Source: Actinomycetes bacterium
GTDB taxonomy: Bacteria; Actinomycetota; Actinomycetes; S36-B12
Direction of reading: 5' to 3'
DNA length: 64,000 nucleotides
NCBI GenBank assembly: GCA_965278945.1
Contig: OZ257128.1
Location: 1,608,403-1,672,402 of the forward strand
The notes beneath the pieces were generated by a model, which was not told the origin of the DNA, did not search any database, and saw nothing but the letters and a program-made list of their open reading frames with translations. The translations under genes and the position numbers were made by a program. This document shows, in pieces, positions 18,329 through 28,570 of the stretch; the first letter of the stretch is position 1, and each line of letters opens with the position of its first letter.

Positions 18329-19569
18329 GCGACCTGACCGACGAACCTGTCGATCTGCCCGAGCCGATCGCACCCATCGAGCCCCGCGACGGAGTTCCGC
18401 CTGTCATCACGGACGCCGCGGGAGTCGAGCAGTACGCGACGCTCCTGGCTGCCGGATCTGGCCCGCTCGCCGTCGACGCCGAACGGGCCTCGGGCTACCG
18501 CTACGACCAGCGCGCCTACCTGATCCAGCTGCGTCGCGAGGGCGCGGGAACCGCGCTCATCGACCCCATCGCCGTGCCGGACCTCACCGCGATCCAGGAG
18601 GCGACGGCCGACGTCGAGTGGATCCTGCACGCAGCGACCCAGGACCTCGGCTGCCTCGCCGAGCTCAACCTGCGCCCGTCCGCACTGTTCGACACCGAGC
18701 TCGCCGGACGGCTCCTCGGGCGCGAGCGGGTGAGCCTGGCGGCACTCGTCCTCAGCGAACTCGGCGAGGTCATTGAGAAGGGCCACGGCGCGACGGACTG
18801 GTCGGTGCGCCCGCTCACCGCCGCGCAGCTTCGGTACGCGGCGCTCGACGTGGAGCTGCTCATCGAGCTGCGCAACATCATGGACGCGGAGCTGGTCGAG
18901 GCCGGCAAGCGCGACATCGCCAAGCAGGAGTTCGACTCCCTGCTGACGTTCACGCCGCGCGAGCGAGGCGAGGATGAATGGCGCCGCACCTCGGGCATCC
19001 ACCGCATCCGCAAGCCGCGTTCCCTTGCCGTTGTCCGCGCGCTGTGGCACACCCGCGACGAGATCGCCCGCACCCGCGACATCGCGATCGGACGAGTGCT
19101 GCCCGACGCCGCGATCGTCGCTGCCGCGACGACGATGCCCGCGGACATCGAGACGCTCGCCGCGATGAAGGAATTCACCAACCGCGGCGCCAGCCGATAC
19201 ATCCGCAAGTGGTGGGCGGCGATCGTCGAGGCGCAGGCGCTGAGCAACTCCGACCTGCCGCTCGCGGCGACCCCGCTCGGCGGGCCTCCGCAGCCGCGCA
19301 CGTGGGCCGAGCGCGATCCGGTCGCCTACGCCCGCCTCGAGGCGGCCAAGTCGGCGATGACCGACCTGGCCGAGAAGAACCACATGCCGGTCGAGAACCT
19401 GCTCACCCCCGACCTGGTCCGCCGCCTGTGCTGGCAGCCTCCCGAGGACGGTGACGTGCCGTCAGCGCTGGCCGCGATGGGCGCCCGCCGGTGGCAGATC
19501 GACCTCACCGCCCCGGCCCTGACCACAGCGCTCCAGGCCCAGCCCGCGCCGGAGGTTACTGGCGAGTAG
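18325..19569 (+). CDS. rnd: Ribonuclease D (3'-5' exonuclease + HRDC)
   Basis: AVDAERASGYRY, WILHAATQDL, FDTELAGRLLG, YAALDVE, HRDC domain. Confidence 0.9.
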   Translation: MSDLTDEPVDLPEPIAPIEPRDGVPPVITDAAGVEQYATLLAAGSGPLAVDAERASGYRYDQRAYLIQLRREGAGTALIDPIAVPDLTAIQEATADVEWILHAATQDLGCLAELNLRPSALFDTELAGRLLGRERVSLAALVLSELGEVIEKGHGATDWSVRPLTAAQLRYAALDVELLIELRNIMDAELVEAGKRDIAKQEFDSLLTFTPRERGEDEWRRTSGIHRIRKPRSLAVVRALWHTRDEIARTRDIAIGRVLPDAAIVAAATTMPADIETLAAMKEFTNRGASRYIRKWWAAIVEAQALSNSDLPLAATPLGGPPQPRTWAERDPVAYARLEAAKSAMTDLAEKNHMPVENLLTPDLVRRLCWQPPEDGDVPSALAAMGARRWQIDLTAPALTTALQAQPAPEVTGE

Positions 19570-19593
19570 CCAGCCAAGTTACCCGCCGGTAAT
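19555..19593. promoter_or_regulatory. Tandem imperfect palindromes GTTAC-N6-GTA(A/G)Y, candidate fadAB operators
   Basis: GTTACTGGCGAGTAGC (19555-19570) and GTTACCCGCCGGTAAT (19578-19593), overlapping a TAATAT -10-like hexamer. Confidence 0.55.
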
Positions 19594-19648
19594 ATGACTG
19601 CCAGACGACCCGGCCGGGCCGTCACCCTCGTCAAGCCTGGGAGCCAGC

Positions 19649-20848
19649 GTGAGCCGTGTCGCTCAAGAGGTCGTTTTCGTCGACGGGGTACGGACCCCCT
19701 TCGGGCGAGCCGGGAGCCTGTTCGCCGAGACCCGCGCCGACGACATGGTCGTCAAGGTCTTCCGCGAGCTCCTGCGCCGCAATCCGAACCTTCCCCCCGA
19801 GCGCATCGACGACGTCGCCGTCGCCGCGACGACGCAGATCGGCGACCAGGGCCTGACCATAGGGCGCAGCGCAGCGATCCTCGCCGGCCTGCCGAAGTCG
19901 GTGCCCGGCTACTCGGTCGACCGCATGTGCGCGGGCGCGATGACCGCCGTCACCACGCTGAGCGCGGGCATCGCCGCGGGCGCCTACGACGTCGTGCTCG
20001 CCGGCGGCGTGGAGAACATGTCACGCCATCCCATGGGCGAGGGCGTCGATCCCAACCCGCGATTCATCGCCGAGCGCCTGGTCGACATCGAGGCCCTCAA
20101 CATGGGCATGACCGCCGAGAACTTGCACGACCGCTTTCCCCACCTGACGAAGGCCCGCGCCGACGAGTTCGCGCTGGGCTCGCAGCAGAAGACGGCCAAC
20201 GCCTACGCGCAGGGCTGGATCCAGCCTGATCTCGTCCCCGTCGCCGTGCGCTCCGCCGAGCAGGGCTGGGGCTACGTGACCCAGGACGAGGCGCCAAGAC
20301 CCACCACGACCCTCGAGGGCCTTGCCGGGCTCAAGACCCCGTTCCGCCCGCACGGTCGCGTGACCGCAGGCAACAGCTCGGGCCTCAATGACGGCGCGAC
20401 TGCTGCTCTCCTGGCATCGGAGACCGTTGCCGACGAGCTCGGGCTGAGCAAGAAGATGCGCATGGTCGGGTTCGCCTTCGCCGGCGTCTCCCCCGAGGTC
20501 ATGGGCGTCGGCCCGGTGCCCGCCACCGAGAAGGCGCTGTCGCGCGCCGGACTGACGATCGACGACATCGACCTGTTCGAGGTCAACGAGGCGTTCGCCA
20601 TCCAGGTCCTCGCGTTCACCGACCACTTCGGCCTCGCCGACGACGACCCCCGCGTCAACCCGATGGGCGGCGCGATCGCCGTCGGCCACCCGCTCGCCTC
20701 GAGCGGCATCCGCCTGATGTCCTACCTGGCCAGGGACTTCGAGCGGAACCCCGACGCGAAGTACGGCATCACCACCATGTGCATCGGACTGGGCATGGGC
20801 GGAACGGTCATCTGGGAGAACCTCAACCACGCAGGGAGCAACGCATGA
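19649..20848 (+). CDS. fadA: Acetyl-CoA acyltransferase (thiolase)
   Basis: VDRMCAGAM, NEAFA, GHPLASSG, MCIGLGMG. Confidence 0.95.
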   Translation: MSRVAQEVVFVDGVRTPFGRAGSLFAETRADDMVVKVFRELLRRNPNLPPERIDDVAVAATTQIGDQGLTIGRSAAILAGLPKSVPGYSVDRMCAGAMTAVTTLSAGIAAGAYDVVLAGGVENMSRHPMGEGVDPNPRFIAERLVDIEALNMGMTAENLHDRFPHLTKARADEFALGSQQKTANAYAQGWIQPDLVPVAVRSAEQGWGYVTQDEAPRPTTTLEGLAGLKTPFRPHGRVTAGNSSGLNDGATAALLASETVADELGLSKKMRMVGFAFAGVSPEVMGVGPVPATEKALSRAGLTIDDIDLFEVNEAFAIQVLAFTDHFGLADDDPRVNPMGGAIAVGHPLASSGIRLMSYLARDFERNPDAKYGITTMCIGLGMGGTVIWENLNHAGSNA

Positions 20849-22956
20849 CCGCCGACGTCGCAGCAGCCGAGAAGACCGCTCCCGAGGAGGTCGTCACCCA
20901 CGCGCGCGTGCGCGTCGTCGAGCTTCCCGCTGACGCCGGGAAGCTCGCGCTCATCACTCTCGACAACGACAAGGACCACACTCGGCCGAGCACCTTCGGC
21001 CCAGCCGGCCTGAAGTCGCTGAACGATGCGCTCGACTCGATCGTCGCGATGACGGACATCGTCGGCGTCGCCGTCACCGGCAAGCCGTTCATCTTCGCCG
21101 TCGGTGCCGACCTGTCCGCGATCGGGCTCGTCAACGATCCCGCGATCATCAAGCAGTTCGGCAAGTTCGGCCACGACGTCATGCGTCGATTCGGCGAGCT
21201 CGACATCCCGACCTTCGCCTTCGTCAACGGCGCCGCGATGGGCGGCGGCACCGAGCTGGCCCTCCACTGCGACTACCGCACGATGTCGACCGGCGCTGCC
21301 GGCATGTCGCTGCCCGAGGTCTTCCTCGGCCTCATCCCCGGCTGGGGCGGCGCCTGGCTGCTGCCGAACCTCATCGGTCCGGTCGACGCCCTGCAGGTGA
21401 TCATCAGCAACCCGCTGCAGCAGAACAAGCAGCTGAAGCCCGCCGACGCGCTCAGGCTCCACATCGTCGACGCGCTGTTCGAGCCCGCCGACTACCTCGA
21501 GGAGTCGCTCAAGTGGGCGGCCGGCGTGATCTCCGGACGCACCGTCGTGAGCCGCACGGCACCTGACCGCGAGTCGTGGGATGCCATCGTCGACATCGCG
21601 CACGGCATGGTCGACGCCCGGCTGCACGGCGCCACCCCCGCGCCATACAAGGCGCTCGAGCTCGTGCGCGCTGCCGCCACCAGCACGCGCGACGAGGGCT
21701 TCGCCGCCGAGGACCAGGCGCTGACCGACCTCGTCATGGGCGATGACCTGCGCGCCTCGCTCTACTCCTTCGACCTCGTGCAGCGCCGGGCCAAGAAGCC
21801 CGTCGGAGTCCCCGACAAGTCGCTGGCCCGCCCGGTCAAGAAGGTCGGCATCGTCGGGGCCGGCCTCATGGCCAGCCAGCTCGCGCTGCTGTTCGCCAAG
21901 CGCCTCGAGGTGCCGATCGTCATCACCGACCTCGACGCCGAGCGCGTGGAGAAGGGCCTCGCGTACGTCCGCCACGACATCGCGGCCCAGGTCGAGAAGG
22001 GTCGCCTGAGCCAGGACAAGGCCAACCGCCTCACCGCCCTCGTCACCGGCGACACCTCGAAGGACTCGTTCGCCGATGCGGACTTCGTCATCGAGGCCGT
22101 CTTCGAGAACCTCGCCGTGAAGAAGCAGGTGTTCGCCGAGGTCGAGGCCGTCGTGTCCGACACCTGCATCCTCGCCACCAACACCAGCTCGCTGTCGATC
22201 ACCGACATGGCCGCCGACCTCAAGCACCCCGAGCGGGTCGTGGGCTTCCACTTCTTCAACCCGGTCGCGCTCATGCCACTGCTGGAGATCGCTCGCGCCG
22301 AGCACACCGACGATGCGACTCTCGCGACCGCGTTCGAGGTCGGCAAGAAGCTCAAGAAGTCGTCGGTCCTCGTGAAGGACGCCCCCGCATTCGTCGTCAA
22401 CCGCCTGCTCACCCGCTTCATGGGCGAGGTCACCAAGGCCGTCGACGAAGGCACCGACTTCGAGGTCGCCGACCACGCTCTCGACGAGCTCGGCCTGCCG
22501 ATGACCCCGTTCAACCTGCTGTCGCTCGTCGGCCCGGCCGTCGCATTCCACGTGTCCGAGACGCTCCACGCCGCATTCCCCGACCGTTTCTACGTGTCGG
22601 AGAACCTCGGCAAGGTCGTCGCCGCGGGCAAGGGATCGCTGCTCACCAAGTCCGAGGACGGCTCGCAGGTCGTCGACCCCGAGGTCGCCGCGCTGTTCAC
22701 CCAGGGCGACAAGCCGCTGACCGCAGACGAGGTCCGCGATCGCGCCCTCGACGCGATGGCCGACGAGGTCAAGCGCATGCTCGACGAGGGCGTCGTCGCC
22801 AGCCCGAAGGACATCGACCTGTGCATGCTGCTCGGTGCCGGCTGGCCGTTCTGGCTCGGCGGCATCACGCCGTACCTGGATCGCTCGGGTGCCTCAGAGC
22901 GCGTGACCGGGAGCACCTTCCTCAAGCCTGGGGTGGCGTCAGTCCCCGTCGCCTAA
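20845..22956 (+). CDS. fadB: Multifunctional enoyl-CoA hydratase/3-hydroxyacyl-CoA dehydrogenase
   Basis: Crotonase N-domain (GGGTELAL, PEVFLGLIPGWGG), GAGLMAS, ATNTSSL, HFFNP. Confidence 0.93.
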   Translation: MTADVAAAEKTAPEEVVTHARVRVVELPADAGKLALITLDNDKDHTRPSTFGPAGLKSLNDALDSIVAMTDIVGVAVTGKPFIFAVGADLSAIGLVNDPAIIKQFGKFGHDVMRRFGELDIPTFAFVNGAAMGGGTELALHCDYRTMSTGAAGMSLPEVFLGLIPGWGGAWLLPNLIGPVDALQVIISNPLQQNKQLKPADALRLHIVDALFEPADYLEESLKWAAGVISGRTVVSRTAPDRESWDAIVDIAHGMVDARLHGATPAPYKALELVRAAATSTRDEGFAAEDQALTDLVMGDDLRASLYSFDLVQRRAKKPVGVPDKSLARPVKKVGIVGAGLMASQLALLFAKRLEVPIVITDLDAERVEKGLAYVRHDIAAQVEKGRLSQDKANRLTALVTGDTSKDSFADADFVIEAVFENLAVKKQVFAEVEAVVSDTCILATNTSSLSITDMAADLKHPERVVGFHFFNPVALMPLLEIARAEHTDDATLATAFEVGKKLKKSSVLVKDAPAFVVNRLLTRFMGEVTKAVDEGTDFEVADHALDELGLPMTPFNLLSLVGPAVAFHVSETLHAAFPDRFYVSENLGKVVAAGKGSLLTKSEDGSQVVDPEVAALFTQGDKPLTADEVRDRALDAMADEVKRMLDEGVVASPKDIDLCMLLGAGWPFWLGGITPYLDRSGASERVTGSTFLKPGVASVPVA

Positions 22957-22964
22957 GTACACAA

Positions 22965-23000
22965 AGTGATGCCCCGCCACGAATGTGGCGGGGCATCACT
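22965..23000. terminator. Bidirectional hairpin terminator
   Basis: Perfect 16-bp stem AGTGATGCCCCGCCAC-gaat-GTGGCGGGGCATCACT between convergent genes. Confidence 0.85.
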
Positions 23001-23011
23001 CGTTCTGAGCG

Positions 23012-23767
23012 TCAGTCGTACTTGCTCATCACCCGGACGTTGATCGCCAGCATGATGCCGACGAACACGGCGACCACGATGAAGCCCGGCGCGATCGCGG
23101 ACCAGTTCAGCGGCTCGAGGATCAGCGACCGCATCGACTCCATCACGTAGGTGACGGGGTTGATTGTCGCCGCGATCTCCATCGGGTCGGTGAGCAGGTC
23201 ACGCGGCACGAAGTTCGGCGTGAGGAACAGGAGCGGGAAGAACACCAGGCCCGCCGAGTTCGTCGCCGCCGCGCTGCGCGTCTTGAGCGCCACGAACTGC
23301 AGGAACGCCGCGTAGCCCGTTGCCCATCCTGCAGCCAGGATCACGAGCAGGACGATGCCGACGATCCCGCTCGAGACACGAACACCGAACGGCACGGCCA
23401 CGAGCAGGATGACGAGCGTCATCGCCGCGATCTTGACCGGCTCGGAGATCAACCGCCCGAGGGCGATCGACGTTCGCGACACCGGAGTGGCTCGGATCTT
23501 GTCGAAGTAGCCGTTCTCGATCTCCTCGACCAGGTAGAGCGCAGCAGTGCCGAACGACGCGGCCAGCAGGATCGTCGCCGGCAGCTGGAAGGCCGCGTAG
23601 CTCTGGCCACGCAGGAACGGCGTGGTGTCGGTCGGGAAGATGCGTGCTGCCTGCCCGACGTTGACCACCAGGAAGAACAGCGGGATGAGCAGCGTGGGCA
23701 GCAATGCGTCCGGAGTGCGCAATGCCTCGCGCAGGCCACGGCCACCAAGGACCTTGAGAGCATTCAT
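23012..23767 (-). CDS. ABC-2 type permease (DrrB-like)
   Basis: EIENGYFDKIRATPVSR, FLTPNFVP, NPVTYVMESMR. Confidence 0.9.
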   Translation of the reverse strand: MNALKVLGGRGLREALRTPDALLPTLLIPLFFLVVNVGQAARIFPTDTTPFLRGQSYAAFQLPATILLAASFGTAALYLVEEIENGYFDKIRATPVSRTSIALGRLISEPVKIAAMTLVILLVAVPFGVRVSSGIVGIVLLVILAAGWATGYAAFLQFVALKTRSAAATNSAGLVFFPLLFLTPNFVPRDLLTDPMEIAATINPVTYVMESMRSLILEPLNWSAIAPGFIVVAVFVGIMLAINVRVMSKYD

Positions 23768-24566
23768 TACTGCACCTCCCGAACTTCGCCAGCGCCGCGT
23801 TCTCGATTTCGACCGGTCACGTCGAGGAAGACGTCGTCGAGGGTCGGCTCGGTGTCACCACCGCGCTTGGCCTTGAGATCGGCCTTCAGCGATGCGGGAG
23901 TTCCCTCGCGCACGATTTTGCCGCCGTCGATGATGGCCCGCCGTGAGCACAGCTGGTCGGCCTCCTCCAGATACTGGGTGGTGAGGAAGACGGTGACGCC
24001 CAGGTCGTTGATGCGACGGACCTCCTCCCACACCACCAGCCGGCTGGCGGGATCCAGGCCCGTCGTCGGCTCGTCGAGGAAGAGCACGTCGGGCCGGTGG
24101 ACAAGCGCACTGGCCAGATCAAGACGGCGCTTCATGCCGCCCGAGTAGGTCTTGGTGCGCCGATCGGCTGAGTCCGTCAGCTCGACGAGCTCGAGCAGCT
24201 CCTCCGCGCGCTTGCCGGCCTCGGCGGCCGAGACGCCGAACAGCCGCGCCTGCAGCACGAGGATCTCCCGGCCAGTCTGGCGTGGATCGAGCCCTACCTC
24301 CTGCAGTGCGACGCCGATCTTGCGGCGGACGCCATCAGGATCGGAGGCGACGTCGACACCGACGATCTGCGCCGTGCCGCCCGAGATCGTCGTGAGCGTG
24401 GTGAGCATCCGCACCGTCTGGACTTGCCCGCCCCGTTCGGCCCGAGGAAGCCGAATACCTCCCCCTTCTGCACCTCGAGGTCGACGCCGCGAACCGCCTC
24501 GACCGTCGATCCCTTCTTTCCGTGGAATGTCTTGATCAGCCCTTGGGCTGTAACCGCATTTGTCAT
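23767..24566 (-). pseudogene. ABC ATPase (DrrA-like) with 1-bp deletion right after Walker A
   Basis: [10 protein letters not shown] in one frame, TVRMLTTL...YSGGMKRRL...LFLDEPT in the next; junction reads GGC AAG TCC AG ACG GTG CGG. Confidence 0.8.
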
Positions 24567-24658
24567 GCGGCGAGGGTAGGGAATACCCCTGACACCGGGC
24601 AATCCGCCTAGATTCCTCGCCAGGGACCGGCGAACTGGCAATTCGTTACGCTTCCTCC

Positions 24659-25000
24659 GTGCACAAGATCTTCACTACGCCCTTCCCCTCGGTCTACCCC
24701 CACTACGTGAACAAGGTGGAGAGGAAGGGGCGCACGAAGGCCGAGTTGGACGAGATCATCGAGTGGCTCACCGGCTTCGACAAGGCGGCTCTGGAGCGTC
24801 ACCTTGCCGAGGAGACCACGTTCGAGGACTTCTTCGCCGACGCGACCTTGAATCCGAATGCCGCCTTGATCACCGGATCGGTGTGCGGGGTGAAGGTGCA
24901 GGACGTCGAGGATCCGCTCATGCAGAAGATCCGCTACCTCGACAAGCTGGTCGACGAGCTGGCCAACGGCAAGAAGATGGACAAGATCCTGAGGTCGTGA
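24659..25000 (+). CDS. DUF2200 family protein
   Basis: [52 protein letters not shown]. Confidence 0.92.
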   Translation: MHKIFTTPFPSVYPHYVNKVERKGRTKAELDEIIEWLTGFDKAALERHLAEETTFEDFFADATLNPNAALITGSVCGVKVQDVEDPLMQKIRYLDKLVDELANGKKMDKILRS

Positions 25001-25013
25001 GCCGCGCCGCCGC

Positions 25014-26699
25014 TCACGAAAGACGACCCACGAGCTCCAGACTCTTCGCTTCGCTCCAACCCGGGGGTTCGAGGATTGCCGCCCATGCCCACACCTGGTT
25101 GCTCGCGTAGACGTGCCCGTGCCCGGCCGGGACGCCCGTGCTGTAGATGAGGTCAGCGGAAACCTGGAAGAACGTGATGAGCGGCCACCAACGCAACGAT
25201 GGCAACACATCGCTGCCGCGCGGCTCGTCCAGCCAGTCAGGCTTGGACAGCAGCAGGTTTGGCGCCCACCAGACGATGGGATCTGACGCGTTCTGCAGGT
25301 ACAGCACTCTGGCGGCGCCCCACTCTCCAGAAGGGATCCCGAGGTCCCCTTGCGTCTGGGCCCAGCGCAGGTCGTCCCCATCCTGGAACACGGGCAGGAT
25401 CTGCGGGCTTCCCGGATCGCGCGCGGCGGTGTAGCGACGCCATTGCTCATTGGCGTTCGGCGGGCCCGCGAAGAGGATCCCACTGGCACGGTTCGTCATG
25501 TCCTGGATGCCGCTGAACGCAGCCTCGCCTCCGAACGAGCCGAGGCTCTCGCCGAAGACCAGCAGTCGCGGTCGCGATTCCGCTGGCCGCTCGAGCCACG
25601 CGCCGTACACCGCGTCGAAGAGCGCGATACCGGTCTCCTTCGCCTTCTCCTGATCGACGAGGAAGGAGATCCAGCTCGGCAGGTAGGAGTACTGCATGGC
25701 AACAGTTGCCACGTCACCGTTGTACATGTACTCCAATGGATCGACCGCTCCCTCGTCGATCCACCCTGTCCCGGTCGTGTTGCCCACAGCGAGGACCGCG
25801 CGGTCGAACGCACCGAGCTTCACGAGCTCATCGACGGCCAGCTCCGCCCGGGCCGCCACGGTGTCCGCTGACTCCAGACCGACATAAGCACGGATCGGCT
25901 CGATCGCTCCACCACCGTTGAAGGAATCGAGCGACTCGACCGAGCTGCCGTCGACGACGAAATCGCGGCCCTGGTTGCCGAGGCTGTCCCAGGGGATCAA
26001 CGATTCTGGTCCGCCCGACACGAAACTCGACGTTGTCTGCACGACGCCTTCGGTCGTCGTGTCGTTCTTCGTCTTGTACGCGGCCTCTGTCACCGCGAGG
26101 ATCCCGTTCAGCAGCAGGCCGCTGATCACGAGCCACACCACGATGATGGCAATCAGGATCGCGAGCGCTCGCGCGGTCCGCGCAGGCATCGCGTGGGTCA
26201 TCCAGTGCGTCAGACCTCGCGCCATCCGTCGAACACCCCGAGAGATCGAGATCACCAGGACGAACACGACTACCGCGACGCCAAGGACAGTCAGGTACCA
26301 CGTGCCGCCGGGCTGACTCATGCCCATCAGGGCGTAGAGGTCATCCTGTGCCTGCTTGCCCGACCACAGGAAGAAGGCCAGTACAACCGCGGCGACGACG
26401 CCTAGCACCTGCCATGCCCGGCGACTACCTGACCACGGACCCTGGCGTCCGCTGAACTGGCGGATGAACCACGCCACAAGGAGGCCGACGCCATAGCCAA
26501 TCGCCAGTCCGACACCGAACACGAGTCCTTCGAGAAAACCGGTGCGAGGCAGTAGCGACGGGCCGAGCGAGAGTGCTCCGCCCACCACGGCACCGATTGC
26601 CGCCGCAAAGCTGCACGTCCACCAGGGACGACTCACCGAGGGCGACGCTGACTCTGCGTCGGCCAACGCCGACGTCGCAGCTTCGCTAGTAGAACTCAT
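25014..26699 (-). CDS. Membrane-anchored alpha/beta hydrolase (Abhydrolase_9 type)
   Basis: N-terminal TM region, TTGTGWID, QYSYLPSWISF, GESLGSFG, YLQNASDPIVWW. Confidence 0.88.
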   Translation of the reverse strand: MSSTSEAATSALADAESASPSVSRPWWTCSFAAAIGAVVGGALSLGPSLLPRTGFLEGLVFGVGLAIGYGVGLLVAWFIRQFSGRQGPWSGSRRAWQVLGVVAAVVLAFFLWSGKQAQDDLYALMGMSQPGGTWYLTVLGVAVVVFVLVISISRGVRRMARGLTHWMTHAMPARTARALAILIAIIVVWLVISGLLLNGILAVTEAAYKTKNDTTTEGVVQTTSSFVSGGPESLIPWDSLGNQGRDFVVDGSSVESLDSFNGGGAIEPIRAYVGLESADTVAARAELAVDELVKLGAFDRAVLAVGNTTGTGWIDEGAVDPLEYMYNGDVATVAMQYSYLPSWISFLVDQEKAKETGIALFDAVYGAWLERPAESRPRLLVFGESLGSFGGEAAFSGIQDMTNRASGILFAGPPNANEQWRRYTAARDPGSPQILPVFQDGDDLRWAQTQGDLGIPSGEWGAARVLYLQNASDPIVWWAPNLLLSKPDWLDEPRGSDVLPSLRWWPLITFFQVSADLIYSTGVPAGHGHVYASNQVWAWAAILEPPGWSEAKSLELVGRLS

Positions 26700-26866
26700 C
26701 GCTACCCCCAGCGACTCGCGTCAGATCGTCAAACACCCAGACGCTACTCGCGTAGGGCATCGCGATGTCCAACATCCGGAGTTCGAGACTGCCCGTGAGT
26801 TCGGGTGAATACTGACCGCGTGTCCGAAGGCGCTGACCAGCCGATCCTCCGCTGGCGGGCCCTCGC

Positions 26867-28570
26867 GTGACTCGCGCCCGGCTACTGCTGCCGTCGCTGG
26901 AGGGCTACAGGATCACTTGGCTATCTCGTGATGTGGTGGCCGGCCTGGTCCTGTCAGCCCTTCTCGTGCCACAGGGCATGGCCTACGCAGAACTGGCTGG
27001 CCTGCCAGCCGTCACGGGCCTGTACACATCGATCCTGTGCCTGATCGGCTACGCCGTAGTCGGTCCGTCGCGCATCCTCGTCCTCGGCCCCGACAGCTCC
27101 CTAGGGCCGATGATCGCCGCCACGATTCTTCCCTTGGTCGCCGCCGACGGCGATCCCGCCAAGGCGGTTGCACTCGCCTCCATGCTGGCCATCCTCACGG
27201 GCGCCATCATGATCGTGGCCGGCATCGGGGGCCTCGGCTTCATTGCCGACCTCCTGTCGCGCCCCACGATTCTGGGCTACATGAACGGTCTGGCGCTGAC
27301 CATCCTCGTCGGCCAACTGCCAAAGCTGCTGGGCTTCTCCGTCGACGCGGACGGATTCCTCGGGGAAGTCATCGGCGTGGCCCAAGGACTCATCGAAGGC
27401 GCGACAGTGCCAGCCGCAGCCGCTGTCGGCGTGTCTTCCCTGGTGCTCATCCTCCTCCTGGCACGGGTACTTCCGCGCGTGCCCGCAGTGCTGATCGCCA
27501 CCATCGCGGCGATCATCGCGAGCATCGCCTTCGGCCTCGCCGAACGCGGCGTTCCCGTGGTCGGGTCTCTGGTCCAAGGCCTGCCCAGCTTCGCCATTCC
27601 GGAAATCGGCTTTCAGGACCTCGCCCTCCTCGTCGTCGGCGCTGTCGGCATTTCCCTCGTCGCACTCGCGGACACCATCTCGACGGCGACTGTCTTCGCC
27701 GAACGGCAGGGATCGCGCGTGGACGGCAATCGGGAGATGGTTGGAATCGGCGTCGCCAATGTCGCTGCGGGACTGTTCCAAGGTTTCCCAGTCAGCACGA
27801 GCGGATCGCGGACGGCGGTCGCCGAGGGCGCAGGGGCACGCAGTCAGCTCACCGGTCTCGTCGGCGCGGGCATGATCGCGCTGATGCTGGTTGCCTTCCC
27901 TGACCTACTTGCCGACCTTCCTCAGGCGACGCTGGCTGCGGTGGTCATTGCCGCTTCGCTCTCGCTTGCCAACATCAGCGGAATGCGCCGACTCTCGCGG
28001 CAGCGCCGATCCGATTTCATCATCGGTCTCGCCGCCTTCCTGGGCGTTGTTCTCCTCGGCGTGCTGCCGGGCATTGTCGTTGCCGTCGGCCTGTCCGTGG
28101 CAATGGTCTTCAAGAGAATCTGGCGGCCCTACCGGGCCACACTCGGGCGCGTCCCGGGACTTGCCGGGCTGCACGACACCACCAGCTACCCCAATGCCGA
28201 CCGCCTTGACGGCTGCGTGGTGATGAGGTTCGACGCACCGCTGATCTTCGCCAACGCGGGAGCCTTCCGCGACGAGGTGCACCGACTCGCTGCCACGGAT
28301 CCCGCGCCGCTGTGGATCGTGATCGCGGCGGAGCCCATCACTGACATCGATACGACCGCATGCGACATGCTCGAGGACCTCGTAACGAAGCTGGACGGCA
28401 AGGGTGTTCACCTCGTCCTCGCCGAGCTCAAGGATCAGCCGCGAAAGAAGATCGAGCAGTTCGGGCTCGAGCACTCTCTCGACAGTTCTCGGTTCTTCCC
28501 CACCATCAGCGCCGCTACGGGCGCCTACCAGCTATCGACTGGTCGGGACTGGAAACACCCGAGGGAGTGA
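26867..28570 (+). CDS. SulP/SLC26 anion transporter with STAS domain
   Basis: DVVAGL..ALLVPQGMAYAELAG, GLYTS, GFPVSTSGSRT, RFDAPLIFANA, DIDTTA. Confidence 0.93.
   Translation: MTRARLLLPSLEGYRITWLSRDVVAGLVLSALLVPQGMAYAELAGLPAVTGLYTSILCLIGYAVVGPSRILVLGPDSSLGPMIAATILPLVAADGDPAKAVALASMLAILTGAIMIVAGIGGLGFIADLLSRPTILGYMNGLALTILVGQLPKLLGFSVDADGFLGEVIGVAQGLIEGATVPAAAAVGVSSLVLILLLARVLPRVPAVLIATIAAIIASIAFGLAERGVPVVGSLVQGLPSFAIPEIGFQDLALLVVGAVGISLVALADTISTATVFAERQGSRVDGNREMVGIGVANVAAGLFQGFPVSTSGSRTAVAEGAGARSQLTGLVGAGMIALMLVAFPDLLADLPQATLAAVVIAASLSLANISGMRRLSRQRRSDFIIGLAAFLGVVLLGVLPGIVVAVGLSVAMVFKRIWRPYRATLGRVPGLAGLHDTTSYPNADRLDGCVVMRFDAPLIFANAGAFRDEVHRLAATDPAPLWIVIAAEPITDIDTTACDMLEDLVTKLDGKGVHLVLAELKDQPRKKIEQFGLEHSLDSSRFFPTISAATGAYQLSTGRDWKHPRE

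Noticed and set aside
20722-22569. Long antisense ORFs (also 29445-31496, 33158-34432, 54168-56366 and many others)
   Set aside because: Shadows of high-GC3 coding on the opposite strand; no recognisable motifs, and they fully overlap well-supported genes
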